A stretch of 64,000 nucleotides of DNA from a virus (Duplodnaviria > Caudoviricetes), in IMG/VR virus record IMGVR_UViG_3300048854_000073, positions 1,828 through 65,827 of that record. One strand, 5' to 3'. Under the pieces are notes generated by a model, which saw only the letters and a program-made list of their open reading frames with translations, was not told the DNA's origin and searched no databases. Shown in pieces: positions 16,922 to 25,508 of this stretch. The translations under genes and the position numbers were made by a program. Within the stretch, counting starts at the first letter, position 1; each line of letters opens with the position of its first letter.

Positions 16922-17206
16922 ATGGCTCACCCGATGAACAACTGGAAATGCAGCGGAGCTTATGACCAAACCGCATACGCCACTTTGATCGAAGCTTTCG
17001 ACCATAACGGCAAGCATGTTGGGTTTCTCCTGCAATGGGGATACACCGATGGACGCACGTTTACATGCTTTTATAGCGATGCTGAAACGGCCATGAAATC
17101 CGGTTATGAATGGGTTTTAGGTTGTGACTGGCTAGATGCGCCTGATGTCGTACGCGAGATGTATATGACCAAAGAAGATTATGTTGCAGGCACCATAAAC
17201 GGCTAA
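16922..17206 (+). CDS. Hypothetical early protein
   Basis: AAAGGAGA RBS before ATG 16922. Confidence 0.75.
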   Translation: MAHPMNNWKCSGAYDQTAYATLIEAFDHNGKHVGFLLQWGYTDGRTFTCFYSDAETAMKSGYEWVLGCDWLDAPDVVREMYMTKEDYVAGTING

Positions 17207-17252
17207 CCCGAACACTCACCCGTCACCAAACGGGACTAAAGGAGTAATACCA

Positions 17253-18053
17253 ATGTCAGAGACGACCAAAACAAACGGCAAAGAAGCTATCACCGAGGCA
17301 ATCGCAAAGTTGACTGCGATGCTGCAGGCAGGAAACAGCGATGCACTAACCGCGTACCTCAAAGCAATGGGCAACTTTCATAAGTATTCATGGGGCAATC
17401 AATTGCTCATCTGGACACAGTGCCCTGATGCAACGCGCGTTGCAGGCTTCAATGCGTGGAAGGATCATAACCGCTTTGTGAAAAAGGGTTCTAAGGCGAT
17501 TCGCATTCTCGCGCCAATGGTCGGAAAGAAGAAAGACGAAGCATCCGCAGAGGATAAAGCTTTTGTGTTTGGCTTCAGGTCTGTATGCGTCTTTGACGTG
17601 TCGCAAACTGATGGCGAGGCACTACCGGAGTTTGCAACTGCAACGGGTGACGCATCGCAAGCCTATCAAGGCCTGTTAGCGTATTGCGCGTCTAATGACA
17701 TCACAGTCACGGAAGACGTGGAAGACATCCTGCCTGCAAAAGGTATGTCTGAAGGTGGATCAATCAAGCTTGCACCTTGCAGCAATGGCGCTGAACTGTT
17801 CAGCACCTTCACCCATGAAGTCGCGCATGAACTGATGCACAAGGGTGACAAACGCAAAGGCACCACAAAGAACTCCCGCGAGCTTGAAGCGGAGGCCGTT
17901 GCGTTTATCGTCGGTTCCTCTATCGGGCTGGACATGACGACATCAAGCGTTGATTACATCAAGCTCTATAACGGCGATGCGGATGGGTTCGCATCATCCC
18001 TTGAAATCATCTCGCGAACGGCATCCATCATTTTGGATGCCGTTGCAGCGTAA
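17253..18053 (+). CDS. ardC: ArdC-like anti-restriction / ssDNA-binding protein with metallopeptidase-like domain
   Basis: FHKYSWGNQLLI...ATRVAGFNAWK...VFDVSQTDG (ArdC N-domain); HEVAHELMH...ELEAEAVAF (HExxH). Confidence 0.85.
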   Translation: MSETTKTNGKEAITEAIAKLTAMLQAGNSDALTAYLKAMGNFHKYSWGNQLLIWTQCPDATRVAGFNAWKDHNRFVKKGSKAIRILAPMVGKKKDEASAEDKAFVFGFRSVCVFDVSQTDGEALPEFATATGDASQAYQGLLAYCASNDITVTEDVEDILPAKGMSEGGSIKLAPCSNGAELFSTFTHEVAHELMHKGDKRKGTTKNSRELEAEAVAFIVGSSIGLDMTTSSVDYIKLYNGDADGFASSLEIISRTASIILDAVAA

Positions 18054-18087
18054 AACCCATTACCCAATAAAAAGGAGAATTTTCGCC

Positions 18088-18474
18088 ATGATGACCACAG
18101 CACTAGTCCAACGCTTGAACACACTGCACAACGGAACAGAGGCGCAAAAATCGCTGTCACGTCGTATTGTCGCAATATTGGACGCCTGCGAACACATCGC
18201 ACAACTCGCAACTGATGAACGCCCTTCAATGGTCCATCTACGCGAGCATGTACGGTTCATAGGCGAAATGCAGGCGCGCCTTGAAGACGCGCTGACAGAG
18301 ATGGAAACAGCCACAAAGGCGCAACCTCAAACGAAGTACAAAGTTCAACAGTTGACGCTTGGTGAAACTGCGGCCAAAGTTCCAACTTGGCAAGATACCA
18401 ATTACTCCACGCTGAAAGAAGCTCGCGCAGCAAACCCGAATCAACTCGCATCGTTCTTTCGTCGCAGAGACTAA
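18088..18474 (+). CDS. Hypothetical early protein
   Basis: AAAGGAGA RBS. Confidence 0.7.
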   Translation: MMTTALVQRLNTLHNGTEAQKSLSRRIVAILDACEHIAQLATDERPSMVHLREHVRFIGEMQARLEDALTEMETATKAQPQTKYKVQQLTLGETAAKVPTWQDTNYSTLKEARAANPNQLASFFRRRD

Positions 18475-18485
18475 AACAGCTAACA

Positions 18486-18539
18486 GGTCGAAACGGCCAT
18501 CTATGGCCGTCTGCATGTAAAGCATGCACTGATGAGACC
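18486..18539 (+). ncRNA. Type II hammerhead ribozyme 1
   Basis: GGTC-GAAAC-GGCCAT/ATGGCC-GTC^-TGCATG/CATGCA-CTGATGA-GACC; predicted cleavage after 18511. Confidence 0.92.
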
Positions 18540-18568
18540 AACGTCAGGCACTAAAGGAGAAAAACAAA

Positions 18569-18970
18569 ATGAACAGCCAGATGCTAAACGCCAACCCTGC
18601 ACTCAAAGCAATCGTTACTGCAGCATTCCCCAACTATCGCAAAACCAAAGCATCAATAAGCGAATTCAACGCTGAACACGGCAAAAACATCAACTCCTAT
18701 TGGGATGGGGGAAGCCGTGACGAATATGCCATCGTTCACATTGCGACACGTCAGCGAAAGGCCCTCCCAACGTCAACCCATCCCTTTTATGACCTTGCCG
18801 GAGTGGCGAACACAGAGAACCGTGATGTCATCGTAGACGAACGGGGCAATGCCACCCTCAAGCGTCTACCTGCAGGTTTCGCACTGGTACAGGCTGGAAC
18901 CTTTTGCGGCAAGCAAGCGACAGCCACAGTCTATTTATCACCTGATGACACGCCCAAACTACTCCCATAG
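18569..18970 (+). CDS. Hypothetical early protein
   Basis: AAAGGAGA RBS; SYWDGGSR motif. Confidence 0.8.
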   Translation: MNSQMLNANPALKAIVTAAFPNYRKTKASISEFNAEHGKNINSYWDGGSRDEYAIVHIATRQRKALPTSTHPFYDLAGVANTENRDVIVDERGNATLKRLPAGFALVQAGTFCGKQATATVYLSPDDTPKLLP

Positions 18971-19024
18971 GTCGAAACGGCCTGTATAGGCCGTCTACGC
19001 GTGCATGCGCGTACCGATGAGACC
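18970..19024 (+). ncRNA. Type II hammerhead ribozyme 2 (U4C core variant)
   Basis: GGTC-GAAAC-GGCCT/AGGCC-GTC^-TACGCG/CGCGTA-CCGATGA-GACC; predicted cleavage after 18995. Confidence 0.85.
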
Positions 19025-19049
19025 GCACCACAAAGGAGATTTACTCGCT

Positions 19050-19637
19050 ATGCAATTCAGATTAACTATCGATCTACCCGGCAAGCGCGACGACTTCCAA
19101 ACCGTCCGCGATGGACTCAAAAGCGCCCTGATAAATGTTGGCGCAAAAAGCTATTGTGCTAAACCTACTCCCACAGTTGGCGATGCGGGTCCTGTATTGG
19201 ACGATGAGCGCCAAAACCAAATAGGCCAATGGACGGTTATTCCTACTCCCGAGGCATTCAACGGTTCGAAGATATTGCGCGATGCAATGCGCAAAAGCGA
19301 CTTTCTAACGGCCTATGTGGAGGCCCTTTTCTTTACAGAGGTCACTCCCGATTCTGACGAGTCAATGCAGGATAAAGACGTTGATGATGTTTCTTTTGCC
19401 CTCGCGCGTCAGCTCATCCATGACTGCGCGGTGTTTGAAGCTGCACACGACCGCGAGATTGATTCCGATTATAAAAGCGCTGGACATGACTTCTGGCTGA
19501 CGCGTAATGGGCACGGCGCTGGCTTCTGGGATGGCGACTGGCCAGAAGAAGAAGGTGAACGTATGACAGCCACCTCAAAGGCCTTTGGCGAGTGCGAGAT
19601 TTACGCGGGTGACGACGGCCTGCTCTATTCCATGTAA
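19050..19637 (+). CDS. Conserved hypothetical early protein
   Basis: RBS-supported ATG 19050; AGHDFWLTRNGHGAGFWD motif. Confidence 0.8.
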   Translation: MQFRLTIDLPGKRDDFQTVRDGLKSALINVGAKSYCAKPTPTVGDAGPVLDDERQNQIGQWTVIPTPEAFNGSKILRDAMRKSDFLTAYVEALFFTEVTPDSDESMQDKDVDDVSFALARQLIHDCAVFEAAHDREIDSDYKSAGHDFWLTRNGHGAGFWDGDWPEEEGERMTATSKAFGECEIYAGDDGLLYSM

Positions 19638-19665
19638 CTGATACCCAACCCAAAAAGGAGAACAC

Positions 19666-19890
19666 ATGCCTCGCCTGACCAAAGAAGAAAACACCTATAA
19701 CGCACGCGCAATTTTGCACCTCTGCAATTGCCCTGTAGGTGGAGACTTTCACAAGCTATCAACCGACCAAGTAAACGCCTTATTGTTCGAGGCTGACAGA
19801 GTGAAGTATCGAAAGCCTAAAGACGCCAACGGTTCGCGGGCGCGTTCCTTCCACGCGATGCTTCAACGTCGCGCAGGTTCCACCAACTAA
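19666..19890 (+). CDS. Hypothetical early protein
   Basis: AAAGGAGA RBS. Confidence 0.75.
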   Translation: MPRLTKEENTYNARAILHLCNCPVGGDFHKLSTDQVNALLFEADRVKYRKPKDANGSRARSFHAMLQRRAGSTN

Positions 19891-19942
19891 ACGCAACACC
19901 AACCCAACGCGCCACCAGCGCAAACCTAAAGGAGTTACACCG

Positions 19943-20293
19943 ATGAACGACACACCCGCAACCCTGACATATAGCAACCCACGCATGAAAGCGGTAATTG
20001 AAAACTGGCCTAGCGGTTCCAAACGAGTGACAGCCATCTTTGAGATTGAGAAGAGACCCGGCAAGGGTGAACGCGGCACGCGTGCCACTACAGGCGCGGC
20101 TAAAACCCTTACCTATGCCGATAAGGCGCGCATCGTGGACGGAAGTGATGGGCGGACATACATCGCAGAGCTAACGATGTATGGCTTTATCAGCATCATG
20201 CGCAGCGATATGAAAATCCAGCATGAATCCATCTTTCAAAAGGACCCACGTTATCCGGAAGTGTTCGAGCTATTTGCCGTAGATGTGGAATAG
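19943..20293 (+). CDS. Hypothetical early protein
   Basis: AAAGGAG RBS. Confidence 0.75.
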   Translation: MNDTPATLTYSNPRMKAVIENWPSGSKRVTAIFEIEKRPGKGERGTRATTGAAKTLTYADKARIVDGSDGRTYIAELTMYGFISIMRSDMKIQHESIFQKDPRYPEVFELFAVDVE

Positions 20294-20345
20294 GTCGAAA
20301 CGGGCATCATGCCCGTCCATGCGTTATGCGCATGCTGACGAGACC
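20293..20345 (+). ncRNA. Type II hammerhead ribozyme 3
   Basis: GGTC-GAAAC-GGGCA/TGCCC-GTC^-CATGCG/CGCATG-CTGACGA-GACC; predicted cleavage after 20317. Confidence 0.9.
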
Positions 20346-20377
20346 AACGCCAGAACTCAAAAGGAGAATTCCTCGCC

Positions 20378-20803
20378 ATGAACTACGCCGAACTACAGCA
20401 ATACTCCCATAACAACGGATGGGCAACCAAGCGTTTAGAACAGGCCAACACAACCAACACCGAACTGCTCGCCAAATACCAGAAGCACATAGACGCGCGC
20501 TCCTTCATCGCTGTAGGTGACTTTGTACGCGATGGAGACAAGCTTCTGCGTGTCGCACATCATTGGGGAGACAGCCTGCAACTTACAGATGGCCGTTTCG
20601 GCGCATCCTTCTACCTCGGCAGAGATGGAAACTGCAGCTTCAGCGGAGGCCTCAATCCGGGCATCTCTATCGACCGGTTCCAGCCTACAGGCGAACGGCG
20701 CGAGGGCTCATGCTGGTTTTTCTCTGAGGAACGGGTTGAGGCGCATAACGGGTATCACACCTCTGCCAATTTTCACGTTTGGGATCTCGCGCGCGAAAAA
20801 TAG
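20378..20803 (+). CDS. Hypothetical early protein
   Basis: AAAGGAGA RBS. Confidence 0.75.
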   Translation: MNYAELQQYSHNNGWATKRLEQANTTNTELLAKYQKHIDARSFIAVGDFVRDGDKLLRVAHHWGDSLQLTDGRFGASFYLGRDGNCSFSGGLNPGISIDRFQPTGERREGSCWFFSEERVEAHNGYHTSANFHVWDLAREK

Positions 20804-20847
20804 GCAACTCACCCAATCAGCCGCACCAACGGCACTAAAGGAGAACT

Positions 20848-21045
20848 ATGGACTCCCCTCGCTACACCGTACACACCTACAGAGGGCATGCATGGATTCT
20901 GGACACGCATGCCACCCTTGAAGCCTATGGAACCCTTTCCGGGCCTCCCATAGCTATCAAAGACCGCAGCGGACGCATACACCGGTACAAGTCTCTAACC
21001 AACGCCAGACGGCGCGCCAGACGGCTAAACGGAGGCTCCCTATGA
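20848..21045 (+). CDS. Small hypothetical early protein
   Basis: AAAGGAG RBS. Confidence 0.65.
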   Translation: MDSPRYTVHTYRGHAWILDTHATLEAYGTLSGPPIAIKDRSGRIHRYKSLTNARRRARRLNGGSL

Positions 21046-21269
21046 TGGAGTCTTTCGTCAGCATGCAGGACTTAATCAACTTCGCCAAAACTGCGCAGGG
21101 TGATTTTAGTTACCGCTGGTACGGCGAGCGTTTCACGGAAACCATCCGCCTCAACCCTGCTCACGCGGAGCGGAACTATATCGCCTATGCTCCTGTCAGT
21201 CCAAAACACTGGCATAAACCCAATTTAGAATTGGTGCCCAATCCGAAACATAGGAAGCCTCGCCAATGA
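21042..21269 (+). CDS. Small hypothetical protein
   Basis: ATGA coupling. Confidence 0.6.
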   Translation: MMESFVSMQDLINFAKTAQGDFSYRWYGERFTETIRLNPAHAERNYIAYAPVSPKHWHKPNLELVPNPKHRKPRQ

Positions 21270-21481
21270 AAACCTTTTTGGAAGTCTTGCTTTGGTTCCT
21301 CGCCATCCTTACCGTTGTCGTGGTGCCGGTCCTTCTACAGGACTGGCATGCACGGCACAAGCACACTGCCACCTCGCGACCCTCCACCCATCAGGCGTCT
21401 TACCAGTGCAATATTGCACTTGCGCCACCCACACCACCGAACACACCCAAAAAGGACGCCCATGCCCCAAACAATCCTTGA
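21266..21481 (+). CDS. Small membrane protein
   Basis: N-terminal TM segment; ATGA coupling. Confidence 0.55.
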   Translation: MKTFLEVLLWFLAILTVVVVPVLLQDWHARHKHTATSRPSTHQASYQCNIALAPPTPPNTPKKDAHAPNNP

Positions 21482-21653
21482 CGACCTACGCGCGCGCGAT
21501 ACGGCGGAGTATCAGCGCTTATGCGCGCGCAGGGCTGAACTCAAAACGCTCGCAGAGGCTACAGCCCACACCGATCCACGCGCAGCCCATGACTACCGCG
21601 TGACCGTGCTCTACTACCAGACGGCCATAGCGAACTTCTGGCTTCATCGTTAG
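21462..21653 (+). CDS. Small hypothetical protein
   Basis: AAAGGA RBS before ATG 21462. Confidence 0.55.
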   Translation: MPQTILDDLRARDTAEYQRLCARRAELKTLAEATAHTDPRAAHDYRVTVLYYQTAIANFWLHR

Positions 21654-21655
21654 CC

Positions 21656-21707
21656 CTTTGATAACCGGCCTTGATAAGGGGCCTTGATAAACGGCCCTGA
21701 TAAGCGG
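21656..21707 (+). repeat. 4 x 13-bp iteron-like direct repeat (CYYTGATAANNGG)
   Basis: CTTTGATAACCGG, CCTTGATAAGGGG, CCTTGATAAACGG, CCCTGATAAGCGG. Confidence 0.85.
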
Positions 21708-21740
21708 CCCAACCGATTGCAACAGGAGAATCAGAACCCC

Positions 21741-21914
21741 ATGCCCGACACTGAACTGTCCGTCCTCAGCATCAAAGAATTCCCGGCCCAACTGCTCACC
21801 GATCTCAAAATGGCAGCATTGCGCAGCAAGATGACCCTCCGGGATTACGTCATCGCCAACCTGCAACAACTCGTTGACAATGGAACCAATCCGGCACCAG
21901 CCAAAAGAAAGTAG
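21741..21914 (+). CDS. Ribbon-helix-helix protein
   Basis: LSIKEFPAQLLTDLKMAALRSKMTLRDYVIANL; CAGGAG RBS. Confidence 0.75.
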   Translation: MPDTELSVLSIKEFPAQLLTDLKMAALRSKMTLRDYVIANLQQLVDNGTNPAPAKRK

Positions 21915-22067
21915 TAACAATAAACGCCTTTTTGTTTGACTTTGGCGCAAGCAATTCAGATGATGGCTCTAGGCTACATTCTTTCTCGCGTTTCTTGAAA
22001 CTGCATCGAACTCCAAGGATGGATTGGTTATCCATCCTCTTACCCTGCTGGCAAAGGATATTTACCC

Positions 22068-22328
22068 GTGAAAACAAAGAAGACAGTCAAAACACCCCGT
22101 CGCTCCAAGGGGACCGTGGAACAGGTGGAGACACGCTTCGGCGACCGCTTGAAGTCTCTCCGGCTAAAGCAAGGGCTCACACAAAAAGACCTCGCCGATC
22201 AATGGGGCTTGGATCGCAGTCACTATGTCCATCTTGAGCATGGAGACGTAAACGCCAGCCTGCAAATGCTCGAAGCCATCTCGATAGGATTCGGCATAAC
22301 TCTGTCCGAACTCCTGAAAGGCGTATAA
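22068..22328 (+). CDS. XRE-family HTH repressor (C-protein-like)
   Basis: FGDRLKSLRLKQGLTQKDLA...RSHYVHLEHG...LEAISIGFGITLSELL. Confidence 0.9.
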   Translation: MKTKKTVKTPRRSKGTVEQVETRFGDRLKSLRLKQGLTQKDLADQWGLDRSHYVHLEHGDVNASLQMLEAISIGFGITLSELLKGV

Positions 22329-22359
22329 CGGTCCCTATAGAGAGGGAGGACCCTTACAA

Positions 22360-22572
22360 GTGGTCAAGAATGTGCAAGTTCCTGCACGTCAATGTACCTG
22401 TGACAGTTGCAATCACAAATGGATTTCCATCACGCGCCAATTACCTGCGATGTGCCCACAGTGCAAATCGCGCCAATGGAACGGCCCAAAAAAGATAGGC
22501 CGTCCGCGTGGGCCTCGCGATACCTCGCATGCCCTATTACCCAAACCCGAGCGCAAAAGGACGCTCGAATAA
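22360..22572 (+). CDS. Zn-ribbon protein
   Basis: CDSCNHKW...PAMCPQCKSRQW. Confidence 0.7.
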   Translation: MVKNVQVPARQCTCDSCNHKWISITRQLPAMCPQCKSRQWNGPKKIGRPRGPRDTSHALLPKPERKRTLE

Positions 22573-22573
22573 C

Positions 22574-22849
22574 ATGGCGACTCTATTCCGAACGACCGGC
22601 CATCAGGAGGAGGTTCACCCCTTGGATGGGGCAACCTTCAGCCTTGAAGAGATGCAGACCCTCGTTGGCGGCTACATCCAGATGATCTGGACCCACGATC
22701 ACCAAATCATGATGGTGGACGAAGAAGGCAAGCTCCGAGGCAAGCCCATCAATCATGTCGCCACTACCCATTACCGCTACGGCTCACACGATCCCCTAGT
22801 GGGTGAGGTGCTGGTGGGCACGCCGCTAGAAATGGGGATGAATGACTAA
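22574..22849 (+). CDS. DUF3846-like protein
   Basis: LEEMQTLVGGYIQ...VDEEGKL...PIN...LVGEVL. Confidence 0.75.
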   Translation: MATLFRTTGHQEEVHPLDGATFSLEEMQTLVGGYIQMIWTHDHQIMMVDEEGKLRGKPINHVATTHYRYGSHDPLVGEVLVGTPLEMGMND

Positions 22850-22948
22850 ACCGTGCGTCTATTGTGAGCGACCCGCAAATAAATTCAGCGAACATTGCCC
22901 GATGCGAAAATTCGGGCCATGCACCGCAGCAGCGAAAAAGGGGACCAA

Positions 22949-23614
22949 ATGACCGAACCTTGCTTTGCTTACCTACGTGTCTCCGGCCTTGGTCAGCTAG
23001 ACGGTGATGGCTTCGACCGACAGTTCAACGCCTGCAGCAAGTATGCTGCAGCCCACAATTGGGACCTGACGGAAGTCTTCCGGGAGGAGGGAGTCTGCGG
23101 AGCCAATGAGCTGGAGAATAGACCGGCCCTGCAACGCCTTCTGGCAGCTCTTGAGGCCTCCAACTGCAAAACCATCCTGATAGAGCGCCTTGACCGGTTA
23201 GCGCGCGATCTGATGGTGCAGGAAACCATCATCGCCGACCTCCGCAAGAGTGGTTACCAGATTATCTCCACCATGGAGCCCGATCTGTGCTCTGACGATC
23301 CTAGCCGCAAGCTGATGCGCCAGATATTCGGAGCCATCGCCGAATATGACAGGGCGATGACTGTCCTGAAACTACGTGGAGCCCGTGAGCGTAAACGCGC
23401 ACGTCACGGACGCTGCGAAGGACGGAAACCATTCGGCTTCCACCCGGAGGAAGCGGTTACGCTGGCGGCTATCGTCTCCCACAAAGAGCTTGGTCTGACC
23501 TGCAAACAAATCGCCGAGACCTTCAACCTGCGTCAAGTAGCCTCCAGAACCGGCCGTCCGTGGACCGGACCCGTGGTTGCAAAGATACTCAGGCGTCAGG
23601 TTACCTCCAGATAA
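22949..23614 (+). CDS. Serine recombinase (resolvase/invertase-type)
   Basis: YLRVS catalytic motif, RPAL, ERLDRLARD, short C-terminal DNA-binding domain. Confidence 0.92.
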   Translation: MTEPCFAYLRVSGLGQLDGDGFDRQFNACSKYAAAHNWDLTEVFREEGVCGANELENRPALQRLLAALEASNCKTILIERLDRLARDLMVQETIIADLRKSGYQIISTMEPDLCSDDPSRKLMRQIFGAIAEYDRAMTVLKLRGARERKRARHGRCEGRKPFGFHPEEAVTLAAIVSHKELGLTCKQIAETFNLRQVASRTGRPWTGPVVAKILRRQVTSR

Positions 23615-23671
23615 CTTGCGCATCACTTGCGCTTTCATGCTACAGTTACCGCCAGATAAAAGGAGTTACTA

Positions 23672-24340
23672 GTGTCACCAAGCAAGACAGTCGCGAACGC
23701 CAAACCTCTCGTTCCCGGCCCTGATGGAAAATACTTCTGCCCCGAGTGCAATGTCGGGCCTTACAACACTGCCAAGGGTCTCTCCACCCATCGCCGCGTC
23801 GTTCATAAGATCGCAGGCACAGCCAGTTCCACCCTCTCAGAGCGCAAGCGCAAGGCGGCTGAACTCGCGAAAGCGAACCAAGCACCCACCTCAAACGATT
23901 CCTCTTCCGGTAACAAGAAAGACCGCCGCGAAGAGAAACGCGAATACCGCGAACGTAAGAAAAAGGAAGCGCTGGCTGCTGTTGCCTTACCTGCCCCGGT
24001 TCCTCTCGCAGAGCATGAACCTAAATCCAAAGCGTCAGCTACAAAGGAGACAAAGAAGAATGCCCACCAGCTCGGCAAGAAACGTGGTCCCTATAAATCA
24101 CGTCCAGCAGCGCAAGCAGCCGACCGCAAAGAACTCAGCACAACGGCTCCAGAAGTCCAAGGGCCTCCACAAGGTCCCGTCTACTACGATCCCCGCAACC
24201 CACCGAGAATTCCCGAAGCCACCCTCCTCGTTGCCTTCGGCCGATTCCTCGAATTTTCAGCAGGCATTGCGCGAGAATATGACTTACCTCAGAGGCAATT
24301 TACCGAAGAACTCATTGCCTCTATTCGCCGCTCCACGTAA
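23672..24340 (+). CDS. C2H2 zinc-finger protein with basic low-complexity region
   Basis: YFCPECNVGPYNTAKGLSTHRRVVH. Confidence 0.7.
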   Translation: MSPSKTVANAKPLVPGPDGKYFCPECNVGPYNTAKGLSTHRRVVHKIAGTASSTLSERKRKAAELAKANQAPTSNDSSSGNKKDRREEKREYRERKKKEALAAVALPAPVPLAEHEPKSKASATKETKKNAHQLGKKRGPYKSRPAAQAADRKELSTTAPEVQGPPQGPVYYDPRNPPRIPEATLLVAFGRFLEFSAGIAREYDLPQRQFTEELIASIRRST

Positions 24341-24601
24341 ATACGGAAATCATCTCGGTGTACCCTGCACCTGTCCTCACTGTGAGGAGCGGCCACCGTG
24401 GCACATCCGTCCGTGGAATCGTTGGCGATGGCTCACCTTTCACATCGCCTCCAGCCATTCAGGCAGAAAATAAAATAGCTCCCGAGCCTGTAATCTCTCC
24501 TCCTGCACAAGGCCGCTTCCTTCGTAAAAAAGAGTTGCGGCCCTTTTCTTTCTCCCATGTCTCTCGTTGGAAGTCACCCCACGGAAGAAAGGACTCGACC
24601 G

Positions 24602-24778
24602 ATGAAGGATCGAGCAAACACCGAAGACCCGGAACGCCTGCGCTTGGTTCGCGACAAAGCTTTACGCGCTGTACGAATGGAGCTGAAACACTACGATTGG
24701 ATGAGCCTTGATTCGAAGACTGCATGGAAGATTCTGGCCATGCTCAACAAAAACGACCGCAGCCGGGACACTCGATAA
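24602..24778 (+). CDS. Small hypothetical protein
   Basis: AAGGA RBS; last gene before terminator. Confidence 0.5.
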   Translation: MKDRANTEDPERLRLVRDKALRAVRMELKHYDWMSLDSKTAWKILAMLNKNDRSRDTR

Positions 24779-25341
24779 GAGACCCGGCTTTTTACATTCC
24801 GCACCCTGCCGCCCTTGCGATCAGAACCGCAATCAGCAGTCCGATCCCGATGGCTAGACAATGGGACACTAGCAGCGCAAAGAAGATTCGAAGGTAATCC
24901 TCCCCATCCTTCATAGCCAGCCTCCGTTATGACCCGAGCCGACACGTGTATCTGCTCAACAGGACCATAACACTTCTGCTTATGCACAATGACCGGCTGA
25001 CCGTCATCGGCGAAGACGACGCCCTTCAGAGCATCGAAGACCGCGCGCTCCAGCTTATCGATGTCAGGCTTCACTGTAGGCCACAGCCTGCTCTTCGCCA
25101 CGCTCGGAGGCCTGACGAAGGTGAACTCCATCCAGACTTCAACCGGCACATGCTTCGCTGCCATGGGCTCCGTAAGATTGGCCCTGCTCATCTCCATGCG
25201 CGCGATCTGCGTCATGGTGTGGCGATACAGCTTCAGCTTCGTGTTGTCGCTGGTAAGCCGGATGCCTTTGCGTGTGTTAAACCCACGCATCGAGCCCTGC
25301 GGCTCTGGCTTGTCATAGACGGTGAAGGTGATCTGACTCAT
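24691..25341 (-). CDS. rusA: RusA-like Holliday junction resolvase
   Basis: KPEPQGS...KPDIDKLERAVFDALKGVVFADDGQ; C-terminal ~70 aa look non-conserved. Confidence 0.85.
   Translation of the reverse strand: MSQITFTVYDKPEPQGSMRGFNTRKGIRLTSDNTKLKLYRHTMTQIARMEMSRANLTEPMAAKHVPVEVWMEFTFVRPPSVAKSRLWPTVKPDIDKLERAVFDALKGVVFADDGQPVIVHKQKCYGPVEQIHVSARVITEAGYEGWGGLPSNLLCAASVPLSSHRDRTADCGSDRKGGRVRNVKSRVSYRVSRLRSFLLSMARIFHAVFESRLIQS
24761..24793 (+). terminator. Rho-independent terminator at convergent junction
   Basis: AGCCGGG/CCCGGCT stem followed by T run. Confidence 0.6.
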
Positions 25342-25508
25342 GCCAGCAATCCCGCATCCACCCACGCCTGCAGAATGCTCCTCAGTTCCTTCTCTGACTT
25401 CGCACGATGGAACGCATTGCGACGAACCAAGTCCATGGCCACCTCTCGCGACAGGCCATGCTCTTCCATCAGAACATCTCTTACCACCAGATCGGCATAA
25501 GCATCCAT
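25338..25508 (-). CDS. Small hypothetical protein
   Basis: ATGA coupling to rusA. Confidence 0.5.
   Translation of the reverse strand: MDAYADLVVRDVLMEEHGLSREVAMDLVRRNAFHRAKSEKELRSILQAWVDAGLLA

Noticed and set aside
25075-25092. Operator-like TGTAGGCCACAGCCTGCT inside rusA
   Set aside because: Mid-CDS, explainable by the codons for RLWPT; not counted, though not excluded.
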